Both the position numbers and the translations under genes were made by a program. A stretch of 63,791 nt of DNA, counting the filler, from Corallochytrium limacisporum Hawaii (taxonomy: Eukaryota > Protista > Pluriformea): NCBI GenBank assembly GCA_002811645.1. It is 4 parts of 4 records of this genome, joined end to end, with 100 filler letters (N's around TTAATTAATTAA, not from the genome) between each part and the next. Parts side by side here need not be neighbours in the genome. Positions count along the whole stretch, not along the records: positions 44,911 to 58,049 come from PDIP01000154.1; positions 58,150 to 63,791 come from PDIP01000209.1; 2 more parts are not named here. One strand, 5' to 3'. A model generated the notes under the pieces. That model was given only the letters and a program-made list of their open reading frames with translations, had not been told where the DNA came from and searched no databases. The first letter of the stretch is position 1. Every line of letters starts with the position of its first letter. Below are positions 49,369 to 61,100 of the stretch, one piece after another.

Positions 49369-49950
49369 TCACTCTGATGAATCACACTCCGATTCTGGAA
49401 TGCACTTGTAGCTGAGATCGTCGTCTCCCGTCTGGCAGCACACAAGGTCCTCACCCTGAGCACACTTCTGCTTCCAGTCTCCGTTGGGTCCCACAGCGCA
49501 GCTTCCTCCGTTAGGCACATAGTCATAGCATTGAAGTAGACTTGTCGTCGGGTTGAGGTCGCAGTACGATGTAGCATCCTCGCAGAAAGATTGATAATTC
49601 ATTTCGTTATCGTAATTGTTGCCGAGGCCACAGTAAGTATAGCCTTCAGGCGTAGACTGACAAATGCCTTCCGAGCGATCTTCGGTCGCCATGCAATACA
49701 GGTCGTTGGCACAGATATACTGCTGGATGAGGCCTGTGTTGGAGCATTACTCGCCTTCCTTGCGGAGCTTAATGCATGTGGTGGGGTAATCTGAGTCAGC
49801 CATGTTTTCCGATCCACACACAAAGTTGCCACTGCCACAGCATTCATCGCTAGAAGAACAAGACCAGTTTGGAGGCGTGCAGGTAGGGTTAGCGGAGACA
49901 TATGCAATGGTCACAAGGGTAATGCACGCGATATTCATTACAGTCTTCAT
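49369..49950 (-). pseudogene. Secreted cysteine-rich protein gene interrupted by one in-frame TAA (49747-49749)
   Basis: ORFs 49747..50022 and 49369..49692 are in the same frame; the 54 nt between them read CSNTGLIQQYICANDLYC and continue the Cys pattern; signal peptide from ATG 49950. Confidence 0.7.
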
Positions 49951-52900
49951 AGTGTTATGTGTTGTCAAATGTTTACAATCTGTAGTGATTGGTTCGAGAA
50001 GCCTCTTCAAAGACCTGACCATACTTGATCTGCTTTAAATACCTTGCGGTCCAATCGTCTCTCAGGCAGACAACCCAACCAGAAACCCCTAATCGTTTCA
50101 CGTAACCCGTGTGTCTCAGCATCGCATGGCTTAACCACGTACCCTATCAAGCACCCCCTACTTGTGGTTCTTGCTTGTGTTGCCTTGGAACGTGACGCAT
50201 CGGGCATGGAGACCTTGGGTTTTCGATGGGGTCGTGCGCAGTACGACTCAAAAAGAATTGTGCAACCCTCTGATTTTTTTTGGTATTTTGCCTATGGCAT
50301 GTGTTCTATCGCATCCTCCTGGAACTCTCCGCTGATCGACACGTAGAGTACCAATTGGTACGGTGGGGCCTGGTTTCGAGCTCAGATAGTCACTAAGTTG
50401 ACCCCAAGGATGTCTATTTCTTCAGAACAGAAGTGACAATAGGCTTGCGCAATTTTTTGACTGTAAAGAATGGTGGCAAGAAATTTGCTGGCACATGGCG
50501 AGCCGGAATCACCTGTCGCCAACTCGCCATCTGGCGTTATTTTCTTTTCTCTGGGTCAACCGGAATACTATCGAAGAGTACTCATCGCAAACGGTGGTAC
50601 AAAAACCATGGGACCTAGGAACGCGGTTTGGTCATAACCTCTTGGAGAATCCGGTTGACACCACCACATTTTGCCATCACAAAAATGCTGCACATGTCAA
50701 ACAAGCGGTTTTTTCCAGTTCACTGTTTGTAGTTTGGACCAACAGGGAGATGTTGACGGAAATGGGCACCTGTTTCGTTGGTGTAGCCCCCTGCAGCACC
50801 ATCACTGAAATCGGGAGGGCAAGCATCGCAAACAAAGTCGTGTCTGGTGACGGAGATCAGCACCATTTCTTCAGTGCCGCAAAAGTTCCATTGAAGACCT
50901 TCCTTGCAGCTGTCACGCCCATCGTACGTTTTGCAATGAGGGTCGACATACCTATCGATCGTAACGGAGTACGATTTAGGCTGAAGTTGTCCTGGAACTT
51001 GATACTGTGGACTATGCCATCTGACTCACGAAATCTTACTCCAGTGACGCAGTTTTGTTTTGAGCAAAGGGACGCAGCTCCAAAATGTACGTACTTTCCT
51101 GCAACCGTTAAGTCTATACAGCCAGCATCCACACGCATTCAAGCTAGGTCGCCAATATGTCTAATCGTCCGACGAAGTCAGAGACGAGATACTCGTCTCA
51201 AGAATCTTGTAATGCACTTTGATCTGTCCCTTTTTGACAAGCAGGACATTGGAATGCCAAGAAACGAACACTGTTTACTAAGTCCGTAAACTACCGTGCA
51301 GGGTCAAATCGCAAGAGTCGAAGAACCCTTAGCGCTCACTCAAGATTTCGCCATTTCTGGCCGCGCACAGTCCCAAAAGGAAACAGTTCTCGATTCCTTT
51401 GTCCGGAAAAAAACCTCTAACAAAGACACTGCTTTTTTTGCTACTCGCTCACTGCAACGTTTTCTGCAGCGGGTCCAAGAGAGCAACACTATAGGGCTCT
51501 TACGGCCTCTAGGGCGAGATGGAGAAACTCTTAGTCGTCAGGAATTCAGTGGATGGCATCGGGAAAACCTTCCCTTACCTCGTAACATAAGGGCTCCGAA
51601 TCTACAGTGTACATGCCCCAGTCCGTGCTCACACCGGGGCCCGATCAACGCGTCTTTTTCCTGTGCTCACCCCGGGCAGTAGCGCCACATACGGGGAATG
51701 AACACGCACCGAAGGTGGAGTAACGTGTACTACCGGATCCCATTTGCCAGCTCGGGAAGGAAAACACTGCGGGGAAGAAAAAACACGCACACATAAAGTA
51801 GGGAAACATCCCTTGCCAGCTCAATAAAGAAAATTCTGCCCACGCAGTAACCACGGCGATCGAGCAAACCCTAAGAAGGCGTTCTGTATGGTGATTCGCC
51901 TCCCATAATAGGGTTCTCCATAGTTCAATATATTTGGGAGGGGCCCCATACCAGCGACATATCAAGTATTATCAAAGCCGCGATTACAATGCGGGGCCGG
52001 TCTAGTATTTATTCATAAAACGACTATGGACATTAGTCTACATCGTGGGGCATGGTTTCGATCGAACTTGAGAGTTGCGGACCATGGAGTTGTTAACGTT
52101 GACGGAGGCATAGTTCATGGCTCAAAATATCTAGAGTGGTTGCTTCTAGACATGATAACAACCAAGAAACGATGTTTAACAAGGATGCCTAATTCTCAGT
52201 GCCATCTCCAATCAAGTAACGTCTCAGACCTCGAAGGTCTAATGAGATGGTCTAACAATAATATTGGTCGTCTGACAATCTGTAGGTTTATTCAACGTCA
52301 TACAAAACGGTGCACTGAATACACTTGGTAGAAAATTCATGGGAATAGGAACCAGGCTCCTCAACAGGCGACATGTGGTGCCATTTCTGCAGAACTTCAT
52401 CACCAGAAGCCGCAACTTGGAGATGGAGACCCACCTGGGAAGTGTCGTAGCTTAAAACTTCGAGAGGACCCATATTAACACTGGGCCAGTCCTGCTGAAG
52501 GCCAGTCTGGCTTGCTGGCAAGTCACTTTGATCACCGTGCGACTTGTACATGGTAGTAACAGCGCCTTTAAGTCCCGGTGTTTTCGCCCACCACCGGAGC
52601 CATTGCGGTATTCACAGAGCGCACTGGCTTGCTCAATGCAGTCTACTGCATTGAGCGTAACGCTGTAGGTTTTTCTATAGGCGGGCACAGCACTTGCGTA
52701 GAGCAGCATGCTGGCTGCCAAGATCGAGAAGGTGTATTGAAGTGCATGATTATGGGTTTGCTCCGTTAATTTTGAATTTGATTCCAGCTGTGGGATCAAG
52801 TCCGCGGAGACTGAAATACCTGCTTTGCCCTCGAAGGGGACATTGAACAGCTCGTGAACTGCCCATGGCTTTGTCCTCAAATCTGAGGCACTCAGAGGGA

Positions 52901-53566
52901 AAGGGTAGAAAGGGCCTTGCGAGCAGCCCCTCCTTGTGGGGTTGGGGAGTTTGCGGGCGATAAAAAATTACACCGGCGGGGACTAATGGGAGACCATTCA
53001 ATGCTCGCGCAATCCACCAGCTACCGTTGGTAATTGGGTTTATGACATGGGCGGACAAGTCATTCGAAGAATTGGTACCCTGGCTAGATCCAAGGGAAAG
53101 CCGGCTATGTTGAATTGACCACAAGCAGCTTCAATATGATTGAATAGCCGGGCTGTACAGCCACTTTTGTCAACATTCGTGCGCCACCATTCAAGCGAAA
53201 GAGCGCATCCCTATGCACATGACTTAGTGTTCTCTTGCGATTCCTTACGCAGTAATTAAGGCAATTTGGAACTCTAAAACAAATGTCTTCGGTAAGGCGG
53301 TGACGGTGGCCCAGAAAGCTTTCTGTGGAATCTCAGCACAGTATTCTGGGCCAAAAAAATGCAATCTTCAAAAAGATTTTTTCAAGGAGAGATGAGGTTC
53401 GAAGGGATCTGCATATACGGGGTGGACACTTCGTTCCGTTCTGAGTCATTCCAGACACACGCGAAGAGGCCGCCTTGGTTTAGTGCCACTGTTCAATTTC
53501 TCCGCCCCCTCCATGGTCTGTATTTTCTCGAAATCGCCGGGGTCGGACAGGCCACCATCAAATATA

Positions 53567-53597
53567 CCAACCTCTGCCCCGTAAGTTAAGGAGGAAT
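53567..53597 (+). repeat. Left terminal inverted repeat CCAACCTCTGCCCCGTAAGTTAAGGAGGAAT
   Basis: Matches the reverse complement of 55775-55805 at 29/31 positions. Confidence 0.9.
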
Positions 53598-53836
53598 TCA
53601 GGTTTATGGGGTCGCAACCTTCTTCGAATCAAATAAATCTCTCAACTTTTGATTTCTTCCCCTTCCCGCCCTTTTCCCGCACCCTCTTCACTCGTCCTTT
53701 TTGACAACCAGTCGTTTTGGTACTTCGGATGGCATAATCCATCAGCAAAAAAAGGGAATCTTTGACGTGACATCTTTGAATTTGGGAAGACAATTATTAG
53801 GAAATGAGCAAATTCTTTGAAATGTGATGATTACTC

Positions 53837-55615
53837 ATGACTCATACAGCTGTGTTTGAAAGCGATCATACAGCTGTGTTTGAAAGCGATCGGATGAATG
53901 GGTCACTATCTACGCCGCCACGAAGATCACCGTCTTCGACACCGGACTCCAAGTGTCGCAGGCTCTTGTCAACTCCAGAACGCGCCCAAGCTATAGAGTA
54001 CATGAAGTCTAGATGTATTGCCAACATGCGAATGAAGAAAGGAGTCTATTCAGAAGTTGCAGATAAGTTCAATTGCAGTGAAAGCTCGATGGAGAAGCTT
54101 TGGAGTAGATATAGAACACAANNNNNNNNNNNNNNNNNNNNNNNNNNNNNNNNNNNNNNNNNNNNNNNNNNNNNNNNNNNNNNNNNNNNNNNNNNNNNNN
54201 NNNNNNNNNNNNNNNNNNNNNNNNNNNNNNNNNNNNNNNNNNNNNNNNNNNNNNNNNNNNNNNNNNNNNNNNNNNNNNNNNNNNNNNNNNNNNNNNNNNN
54301 NNNNNNNNNNNNNNNNNNNNNNNNNNNNNNNNNNNNNNNNNNNNNNNNNNNNNNNNNNNNNNNNNNNNNNNNNNNNNNNNNNNNNNNNNNNNNNNNNNNN
54401 NNNNNNNNNNNNNNNNNNNNNNNNNNNNNNNNNNNNNNNNNNNNNNNNNNNNNNNNNNNNNNNNNNNNNNNNNNNNNNNNNNNNNNNNNNNNNNNNNNNN
54501 NNNNNNNNNNNNNNNNNNNNNNNNNNNNNNNNNNNNNNNNNNNNNNNNNNNNNNNNNNNNNNNNNNNNNNNNNNNNNNNNNNNNNNNNNNNNNNNNNNNN
54601 NNNNNNNNNNNNNNNNNNNNNNNNNNNNNNNNNNNNNNNNNNNNNNNNNNNNNNNNNNNNNNNNNNNNNNNNNNNNNNNNNNNNNNNNNNNNNNNNNNNN
54701 NNNNNNNNNNNNNNNNNNNNNNNNNNNNNNNNNNNNNNNNNNNNNNNNNNNNNNNNNNATTGAAGTGAAAGCAGCAGTTCGGAACAGTAGGAATCGTGCA
54801 GCGGGAACGCCGATTATGGTCAATAAGAAAACAAGGATCTGTATGCTAAATTCATGAGCGAAACACTAATTCCGGCTATTGTGGCGCAGTGGCCAATGGA
54901 TTGGGACAGGGGTCGGAAAGTCAGGATCGTTCATGACAATGCACCCTCCCATCGAAGGGTTGAACTTGATAATAGGGTTGTGTGTGCTCTGTTGTGGGCG
55001 AGGACTGTGCGTGGTCTAGAAATTGTGTTCGTTAATCAGCCAGCATGTAGTCCAGACATGAATGTACTGGACAATGGTGTTTTCAGAAGCCTCGACGCCG
55101 ATCGCAATAGACCATATGCAGCAAGTCTCGAGCATGCTGTTGAGAACACCACAAAGGATTGGGAAGAATACAACGGCAGTGGTATAGACAAGAGCTTTGA
55201 TACTGTTGGTGTCAATCTAGGGGTTGTCATGGAGAATGGAGGCGCGATCATGCCCCGCATGCGTCATTTCTACAAGGATATGGCTAAGAGACACTGCACT
55301 TTTAAGAAGTTATTCGTAGTCCCTGAGACCGTGATCAAAATTGCGGCGGCAAAGATACTGGAACTGAAAGCTGAAGTTGCAGCTTTGCAGCAGGGGCATG
55401 AGGTCTAGCGAGCGGAAGTTGCCAATTTGCAGCAGGGGTATGAGGTCCAGCAAGCTGAAATTGCCGATTTGCAGCTGGAGCATGAAGTCCAGCGAACTGA
55501 AATTGCCGATTTGCAAGGCATCGTGCTTGTCATGAAAGACAGTATCAATGATTTACGACAGAAAATACGAGGAGAAACTGAATCCCAGAGTGCATTCACT
55601 GCATCGTCAGCTTGA
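53837..55615 (+). pseudogene. Mariner-type transposase with a frameshift (~54825-54833) and a premature TAG (55406-55408); partly hidden by the gap 54122-54758
   Basis: N-terminal HTH 'LSTPERAQAIEY..KKGVYSEVADKFNCS..EKLW'; 'AVRNSRNRAAGT'; after the shift 'NKDLYAKFMSETLIPAIVAQWP..IVHDNAPSH..QPACSPDMNVLDNGVF'. Confidence 0.85.
55370..55516 (+). repeat. 42-bp tandem repeat x3.5 encoding 14-aa coiled-coil units
   Basis: Units start at 55370, 55412, 55454 and 55496: AEVAALQQGHEV*R / AEVANLQQGYEVQQ / AEIADLQLEHEVQR / TEIADLQ. Confidence 0.88.
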
Positions 55616-55774
55616 TCGTCACCGGCAGTATTGAAGAAAATTTTTTGAATCATATAAATCATACTAATTCAATTATTTGATTTTACGTTTTACTGACCGT
55701 CACCTGGAATGGCGGGGAAAAGGAAAAATAATCAGAATCTCCCTCCTTATATTACGGTGCATGTTTTTCGGCAG

Positions 55775-55805
55775 ATTCCTCCTTAACCTATGGGGCAGAG
55801 GTTGG
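55775..55805 (-). repeat. Right terminal inverted repeat
   Basis: ATTCCTCCTTAACCTATGGGGCAGAGGTTGG followed by TA. Confidence 0.9.
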
Positions 55806-56093
55806 TAGCCAGCTTTCTCTGGGGGGAAGAGCGCCTCATATCTCTGTACCAGTTGTCCACGGAGGGACGCCGTAGTGGCCCCATTGTATGTCCGCCGTAG
55901 CATTCTCCGCGGTAAGATGGGGAAAAACAGTGTTAGCTGTTGGAAGCTCACAATTCTATTCGGATTCACGAGCAACATCAACTCTCCTACGAAAATACGG
56001 AATTGTATTGGAGCCACTTTGGAGGAGACCTGTCAGTTACGCCCAAATGTAGTATATTGTGTTGCCGTTCCTCCTTTTCAAGAACGAGCACTG

Positions 56094-57530
56094 TCAGCTG
56101 CTCTGCCAGTACTCTTGGCCGTCAACGTAATCGATCCGCTTCGGCCCCATGGTCTCGGGGTGCACCACTGCATCGGCATCGTTGAAAGTCATGGCATGGA
56201 AGGGCAGCACTGGCCGGAGCCCAATTTTCATACTGCCCTGCATAATATCCTTGACTTGCATGTTGTAGACTGCGGCAGCTTGATTCTTGTCGATCCTTGT
56301 GTGATGGGTGAATGTGTGTATCTCCAAGACCTTGCCCAGCATAGGGTACAACTGGGTCACACAGTGATCCATGACAAGCCAATGGCCATCGAGTGTGCGT
56401 CCCATGAAGCAGCCTCTCGTGAAACCGCGGCCAGACCGGTCCAAATTGTTTGCGACCCACCACACATTCATTTGTTTGTATACAAGTGGGACACCTTCGT
56501 GCCATAAATGAGGTAATATTGACGTTTCTGGATGACCTGACGGGCCACGGTGGTGGTATGCTACAAGGGTTTTGCAGCGGCTGAGGTCAACCTGCTCTAC
56601 GGCTTTGTCGAAGGACCCGATGGGCCGTTCACAGATGGACCACTCGACGATGCCGTGCTTAGCCTCAGGCAGATTAAACTTTTCCCACAACGACTCCATG
56701 GTCTGTGACGCAGTCTGGCTCTCCCGATGAATGACCTCAGCCGCCCTTTGCTTGACTCCCGGATCCGATTCCATCATTTTCTTCTCCAGTTCCTCGAGGC
56801 TTTTCTTCAGCCGTTCTGCCCGCTCTGCAAGTTCCCGTTCCTTCATCTGCAGCGATTCCAGACTTTCCATATTCTCCCTATGTTCACGCACCACATCGAT
56901 GGCACCCATAACAACATTGAATCGTGTGTTGGTCTGGACTGGTCTTCCCAGTTTTTTCAGGGTTTGTTCCAGCTCCAACAAAGCTGTTCTGAGATCGCCG
57001 CTGTCTGCTGCAGAGTGTACACCTGCCTGAAACCCCATTTCTGTTTGTTCCTCCTTCGGCCTAGATGCAGTGCTGTGTTCAAACGGCTGCAGGAAAATTG
57101 ACGGCTCGGTATGCCGGTTCTCAGAGAAACTGTACTGTTGTTGCATTTGCTGCAGTGCTTGCGGCATTGGAATAGATGTCACATCTGACATACTTGCTCT
57201 ATGATGTTGTCGGTGTGACTGATGCTGTAGCTGTTGGAGCTCTAACATTCTCCGTTTCACTGCAAATTGATGATCGGTCTTCGGCTGCCCCATGGACGGG
57301 AATGCTGGACTTTCGTCCAAGTCCATTTTGGTGTCAAGGCTCTGTTGATTCACCATGGTCATCTTTTTGCTGTTTGATCCCGCAGGCCCGACTGTCGCGT
57401 GTGCGTCGAAGCCCCAATTGGGCAAGCTTCTTCGCGGGTTCTGTTGTCGGGTATTCTGTATTCCCTGACCCTTTGTTTGTCCTGCAGACCCTGGAAGATC
57501 ATTGAATGAGAAAGCATTGGTTCCGCTCAT
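56094..57530 (-). CDS. Hypothetical protein: Gln/His-rich disordered N-terminus, HLH-zipper-like centre, unknown globular C-terminus (possible transcription regulator)
   Basis: 478-aa ATG ORF; 'DLRTALLELEQTL..TRFNVVMGAIDVVREHR' followed by heptad-patterned 'LQMKERELAERAERLKKSLEEL'. Confidence 0.65.
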   Translation of the reverse strand: MSGTNAFSFNDLPGSAGQTKGQGIQNTRQQNPRRSLPNWGFDAHATVGPAGSNSKKMTMVNQQSLDTKMDLDESPAFPSMGQPKTDHQFAVKRRMLELQQLQHQSHRQHHRASMSDVTSIPMPQALQQMQQQYSFSENRHTEPSIFLQPFEHSTASRPKEEQTEMGFQAGVHSAADSGDLRTALLELEQTLKKLGRPVQTNTRFNVVMGAIDVVREHRENMESLESLQMKERELAERAERLKKSLEELEKKMMESDPGVKQRAAEVIHRESQTASQTMESLWEKFNLPEAKHGIVEWSICERPIGSFDKAVEQVDLSRCKTLVAYHHRGPSGHPETSILPHLWHEGVPLVYKQMNVWWVANNLDRSGRGFTRGCFMGRTLDGHWLVMDHCVTQLYPMLGKVLEIHTFTHHTRIDKNQAAAVYNMQVKDIMQGSMKIGLRPVLPFHAMTFNDADAVVHPETMGPKRIDYVDGQEYWQSS

Positions 57531-58049
57531 GTTACTCGGACGTAGGCTTTGAAAGTCTTACTTCAAGACGGCTCAGTACCCAACATGCAGAATTCTATGC
57601 GCCGTCGCAACCATCTTGCGTAGAGTTCCCTTCGTTATAGTCATCAGTATTTCTTAGTATTCACTTCTTATCTGGACTGCATGCCGACTTCCGTCATGTC
57701 CCAAACATAAGCCCGGAGTATTTCATATTCCCAACCGCAGATGACGACTTTGACTTTCCAAAAGCGTATTTGTTCGCTTCAGCCTCACTGAATCAAAGCT
57801 GCGAAACCATTTAGTTGATTCGCTATGCTACAATGCGAGAGATCCACAAATCTTTTCTTCTTATACGATAATACATCTTTTCTTGCCATTGGCACCGTCT
57901 ACGAATGTGTTCGCCAATGGACGTGAAGGGTGTAGACCCCTCCCCCGCTATCTATCTCTGCCTGTCGATCGTCTGTCTGGTATGTCAGGGTCAAAACTCC
58001 GAAAAACTTGACTCCCGAGGATCTTTTTCAATCTTGATTGTATAATAAC

Positions 58050-58149
58050 NNNNNNNNNNNNNNNNNNNNNNNNNNNNNNNNNNNNNNNNNNNNTTAATTA
58101 ATTAANNNNNNNNNNNNNNNNNNNNNNNNNNNNNNNNNNNNNNNNNNNN
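58050..58149. other. Artificial 100-bp scaffold linker
   Basis: N44-TTAATTAATTAA-N44. Confidence 0.95.
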
Positions 58150-61100
58150 CCCCCCCTCCCTCCTTCCCAACCTTTCCCCCTTTTTTTCACTTTTTTTTCC
58201 TTATTCTTTCTTTTTCCCCCTCTTCTCTCTCTCCCTCTTCCTCCTCCTTAATATTTCGTTGCTTTGCCCGTCTGGTGCCACACCAACGGGGGGCGAGCAG
58301 GAAAGTCAGCACAACTTCCCTCGAAGGTCGGAACCCACGAGAAAAGAAAAAGAAAGAGAAAAAAAAGAAAGGAAACAGAAAGAAAAAAAAGAAGATGAAC
58401 AACGAAGTGATGATGGAGCGTTGTGTGTGTGGTGGTTATAGTGGGAGACTGGGCATTTAAGTAGTAAGGAACACAAAGAAAATGGACTTCGCTCTGCGAT
58501 GGACGGAGGAGATGGAGGAGTGCAGCATGCGTTATACCGCAAGACGACGCGCAGGGAGAGAGGGTGGGAGGGGGAAACGCGTACCACATTCTCGGTGCTT
58601 GGCCATACAAAGTGCTGTCGGGGGTACGCGCTGTGGTTCGTTCGGGTTCCTTTTGGGTTCTCACCCATTTTCTTTCACGGTCTGGGAAAGGGTCGGGCTG
58701 AATCAAAGGTATTCGTATACTGAATGTACTGGAGCTGGTCGAAATATTTCAGCACAGGGAAAAAAGCCACTGTAGTGACCCGTCCTCCGCAGCATGTGGG
58801 CACGCTCCATCATTGGCGCATTTTGTATGGCCTTGGAAACCAGAGGAACATCTGATGACCATGTCAGAGGATGGTGATAACCTGTGCGTGATCTGGTGTA
58901 GTTTGATGATGGTGACGATAGTGGTGAATGAGCTGGCAGCAGGTAGCATCCATCGCGTATGGGCCACACGGGCAAATCCGGGGTCTATTATTATAACCTG
59001 GCCCCCGGCCCGCATGCGCTCTGCTCCTACACCTCGGCCTCCCGTTTCCATCCCTCTACCTTCACTGCGCAGCTGTTGATGGAAACTCGCAATACTGATC
59101 AATACGGCACCAACCCAACTCCCGAGCTTCGTTGTCGGACACGAGACAATTTAAAGTGCCACAATGTCCATCCGTTAACTGGGCCTTGCTACCATGGTGT
59201 GCATCATGAAGCACTGTTCTATCGCAGCTCTTCGTTTGTGTACTGCGGTCACCGTAGTCGTTTACATCGTCACAGTGGTCGCAAATGCGTGAAAGCCCAT
59301 GTGACCTGCTGCAGGCGTCCACGTTACCGGGACCATGCAAGTCAGCAACAAGCACCAACAGTCCCGGGACACCGGTACTAAACATACTGCCCGAGCCCGA
59401 ACGCCGGTACCACGGTACACCGCCCATTACCACCAAACACGAGACACCCCTGCCCACCCCAACACTGCGCCCGCCTTGTTTTCTTTGGTTGTTAGTTTGG
59501 GCACCAACAAACCCCCTCCCCCCCGGGGCTTTCCTCCTTCTCCCTCCCTCCCTCCCGGGGAAACGCGGTAGCACCCCCTCCTGCTCTCCTCGCTCTTCTT
59601 CTTCATTTTCTTCTTTTTTTTTGTTGGTTGTGTCTCCCCCCTGTCCACCTACTTTTTCCTCGGGGTACCTAACCCCCCTTGCCGTCTCTCGACAGCTGGT
59701 TTGCTACCGAAGTATGTGAGACACCCACCCGAAGTGAAGGGCGCGAATACTTTGTAAAAAGAAAACGGAAGATTGACTCCCGGTTGGTGGGTGGGTTAGG
59801 GGGGTTTCGTGGCGAGTAGGGGAGGAGAGGGGAAGGAGGAGGAGGAGGACTGGGGGCACGGCAGGCTGGGGGCCCTTGGCGCCGCTGCTGGGCTGCGGGA
59901 GACGTAGAGATTTGTCACACAATGTTGTACAATAGGGCAGGGCACCCAAACTTTGAAAGAAAGCCGACCCTAATCTGGTGCCGAACGCGAGGCAAATTTG
60001 CGAGAAAACCCCCAAATGATCATCCAATCCAAAATTCTGTGTCCTGCCCGCTTGTTTTTGCCGGGAACTGGGACCATGTTGTACGGGGACTGCTGGGAAT
60101 GAACCGCGCACAAAAAATTGATAGGCTGCCCAAAAACAATACACTCACACATACCCACCGAAATTAGAAAGAAACAGAATAAATACCACAGGTCCGCATA
60201 CTTAGTCGACTGGGTTCGGGGCAGGTTGGGTCGCAACCTCCAACTTTCCACGGCAGTTGAAAATGGCCCGGTAATTTCCTCCGAGTCGGGGGAGGGGGTC
60301 CGTTTCCACGTACACCCCCCCCCCCCCCGGGGGGGGGCCCCCCCTTTTCCTTTTTTTTNNNNNNNNNNNNNNNNNNNNNNNNNNNNNNNNNNNNNNNNNN
60401 NNNNNNNNNNNNNNNNNNNNNNNNNNNNNNNNNNNNNNNNNNNNNNNNNNNNNNNNNNNNNNNNNNNNNNNNNNNNNNNNNNNNNNNNNNNNNNNNNCCC
60501 CCCCCCCCCCCCGGGGGGCGGGCCCCACATTTTCCTTTTTTTTTTTGCCGATCTCTCCCCTTTCTCGCAATTTCGCGTACCCGGGTTCCTCCGTTCTCTA
60601 TTTTGTCCTGTACAAAAGGGCAACCAAAGAAACAGACAAGTAACAAAAACAATAACACAAACAGAATTAAAACACGTCAATCATACACACACACACACAC
60701 ACACCCCACGCGTGCCGATGGTAAAAAAAAAAATGAAAGCCGGAAAAATTAGAGCAACAGGGGAAAACAAAATAGAAAAAACCAAAACAGATTGGCAAGC
60801 ATAGGCTTCGGGGGCCTATTATTCCCGACCTGTTGGTGTGCCAAAGAGACAAAGAACCACCGTTTTGGCAACAGCAAAAAAAAAAGCAAAAAAAAAAGGA
60901 GAAAGAAACAAGATGTAGAAGACGGTGGGTGGGAGGGGGAGGAGTTAAGCGGGAAGTAATAGAATGCACGGTGATGAGCACGGTCAAGGTCACACCCTGT
61001 CAGCGATATGTGTATGTATATATGTATACACGCGTATCGTCAGGACCCGACGGGCTTCGCCGGCAGGGTCTCCATAAGAACTGTATGGCTGTTAGGTCGG

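Larger units (their letters stand above)
53567..55805 (+). mobile_element. Tc1/mariner DNA transposon (plant/oomycete DD39D-like group), full-length but defective
   Basis: 31-bp TIRs (53567-53597 and 55775-55805, 2 mismatches) flanked by TA on both sides (53565-66, 55806-07), enclosing transposase remnants. Confidence 0.9.

Noticed and set aside
53299-55704. GGTGACGGT / ACCGTCACC 9-bp inverted match as transposon ends
   Set aside because: Short and not TA-flanked; the 31-bp TA-flanked pair at 53567/55805 is the real TIR.
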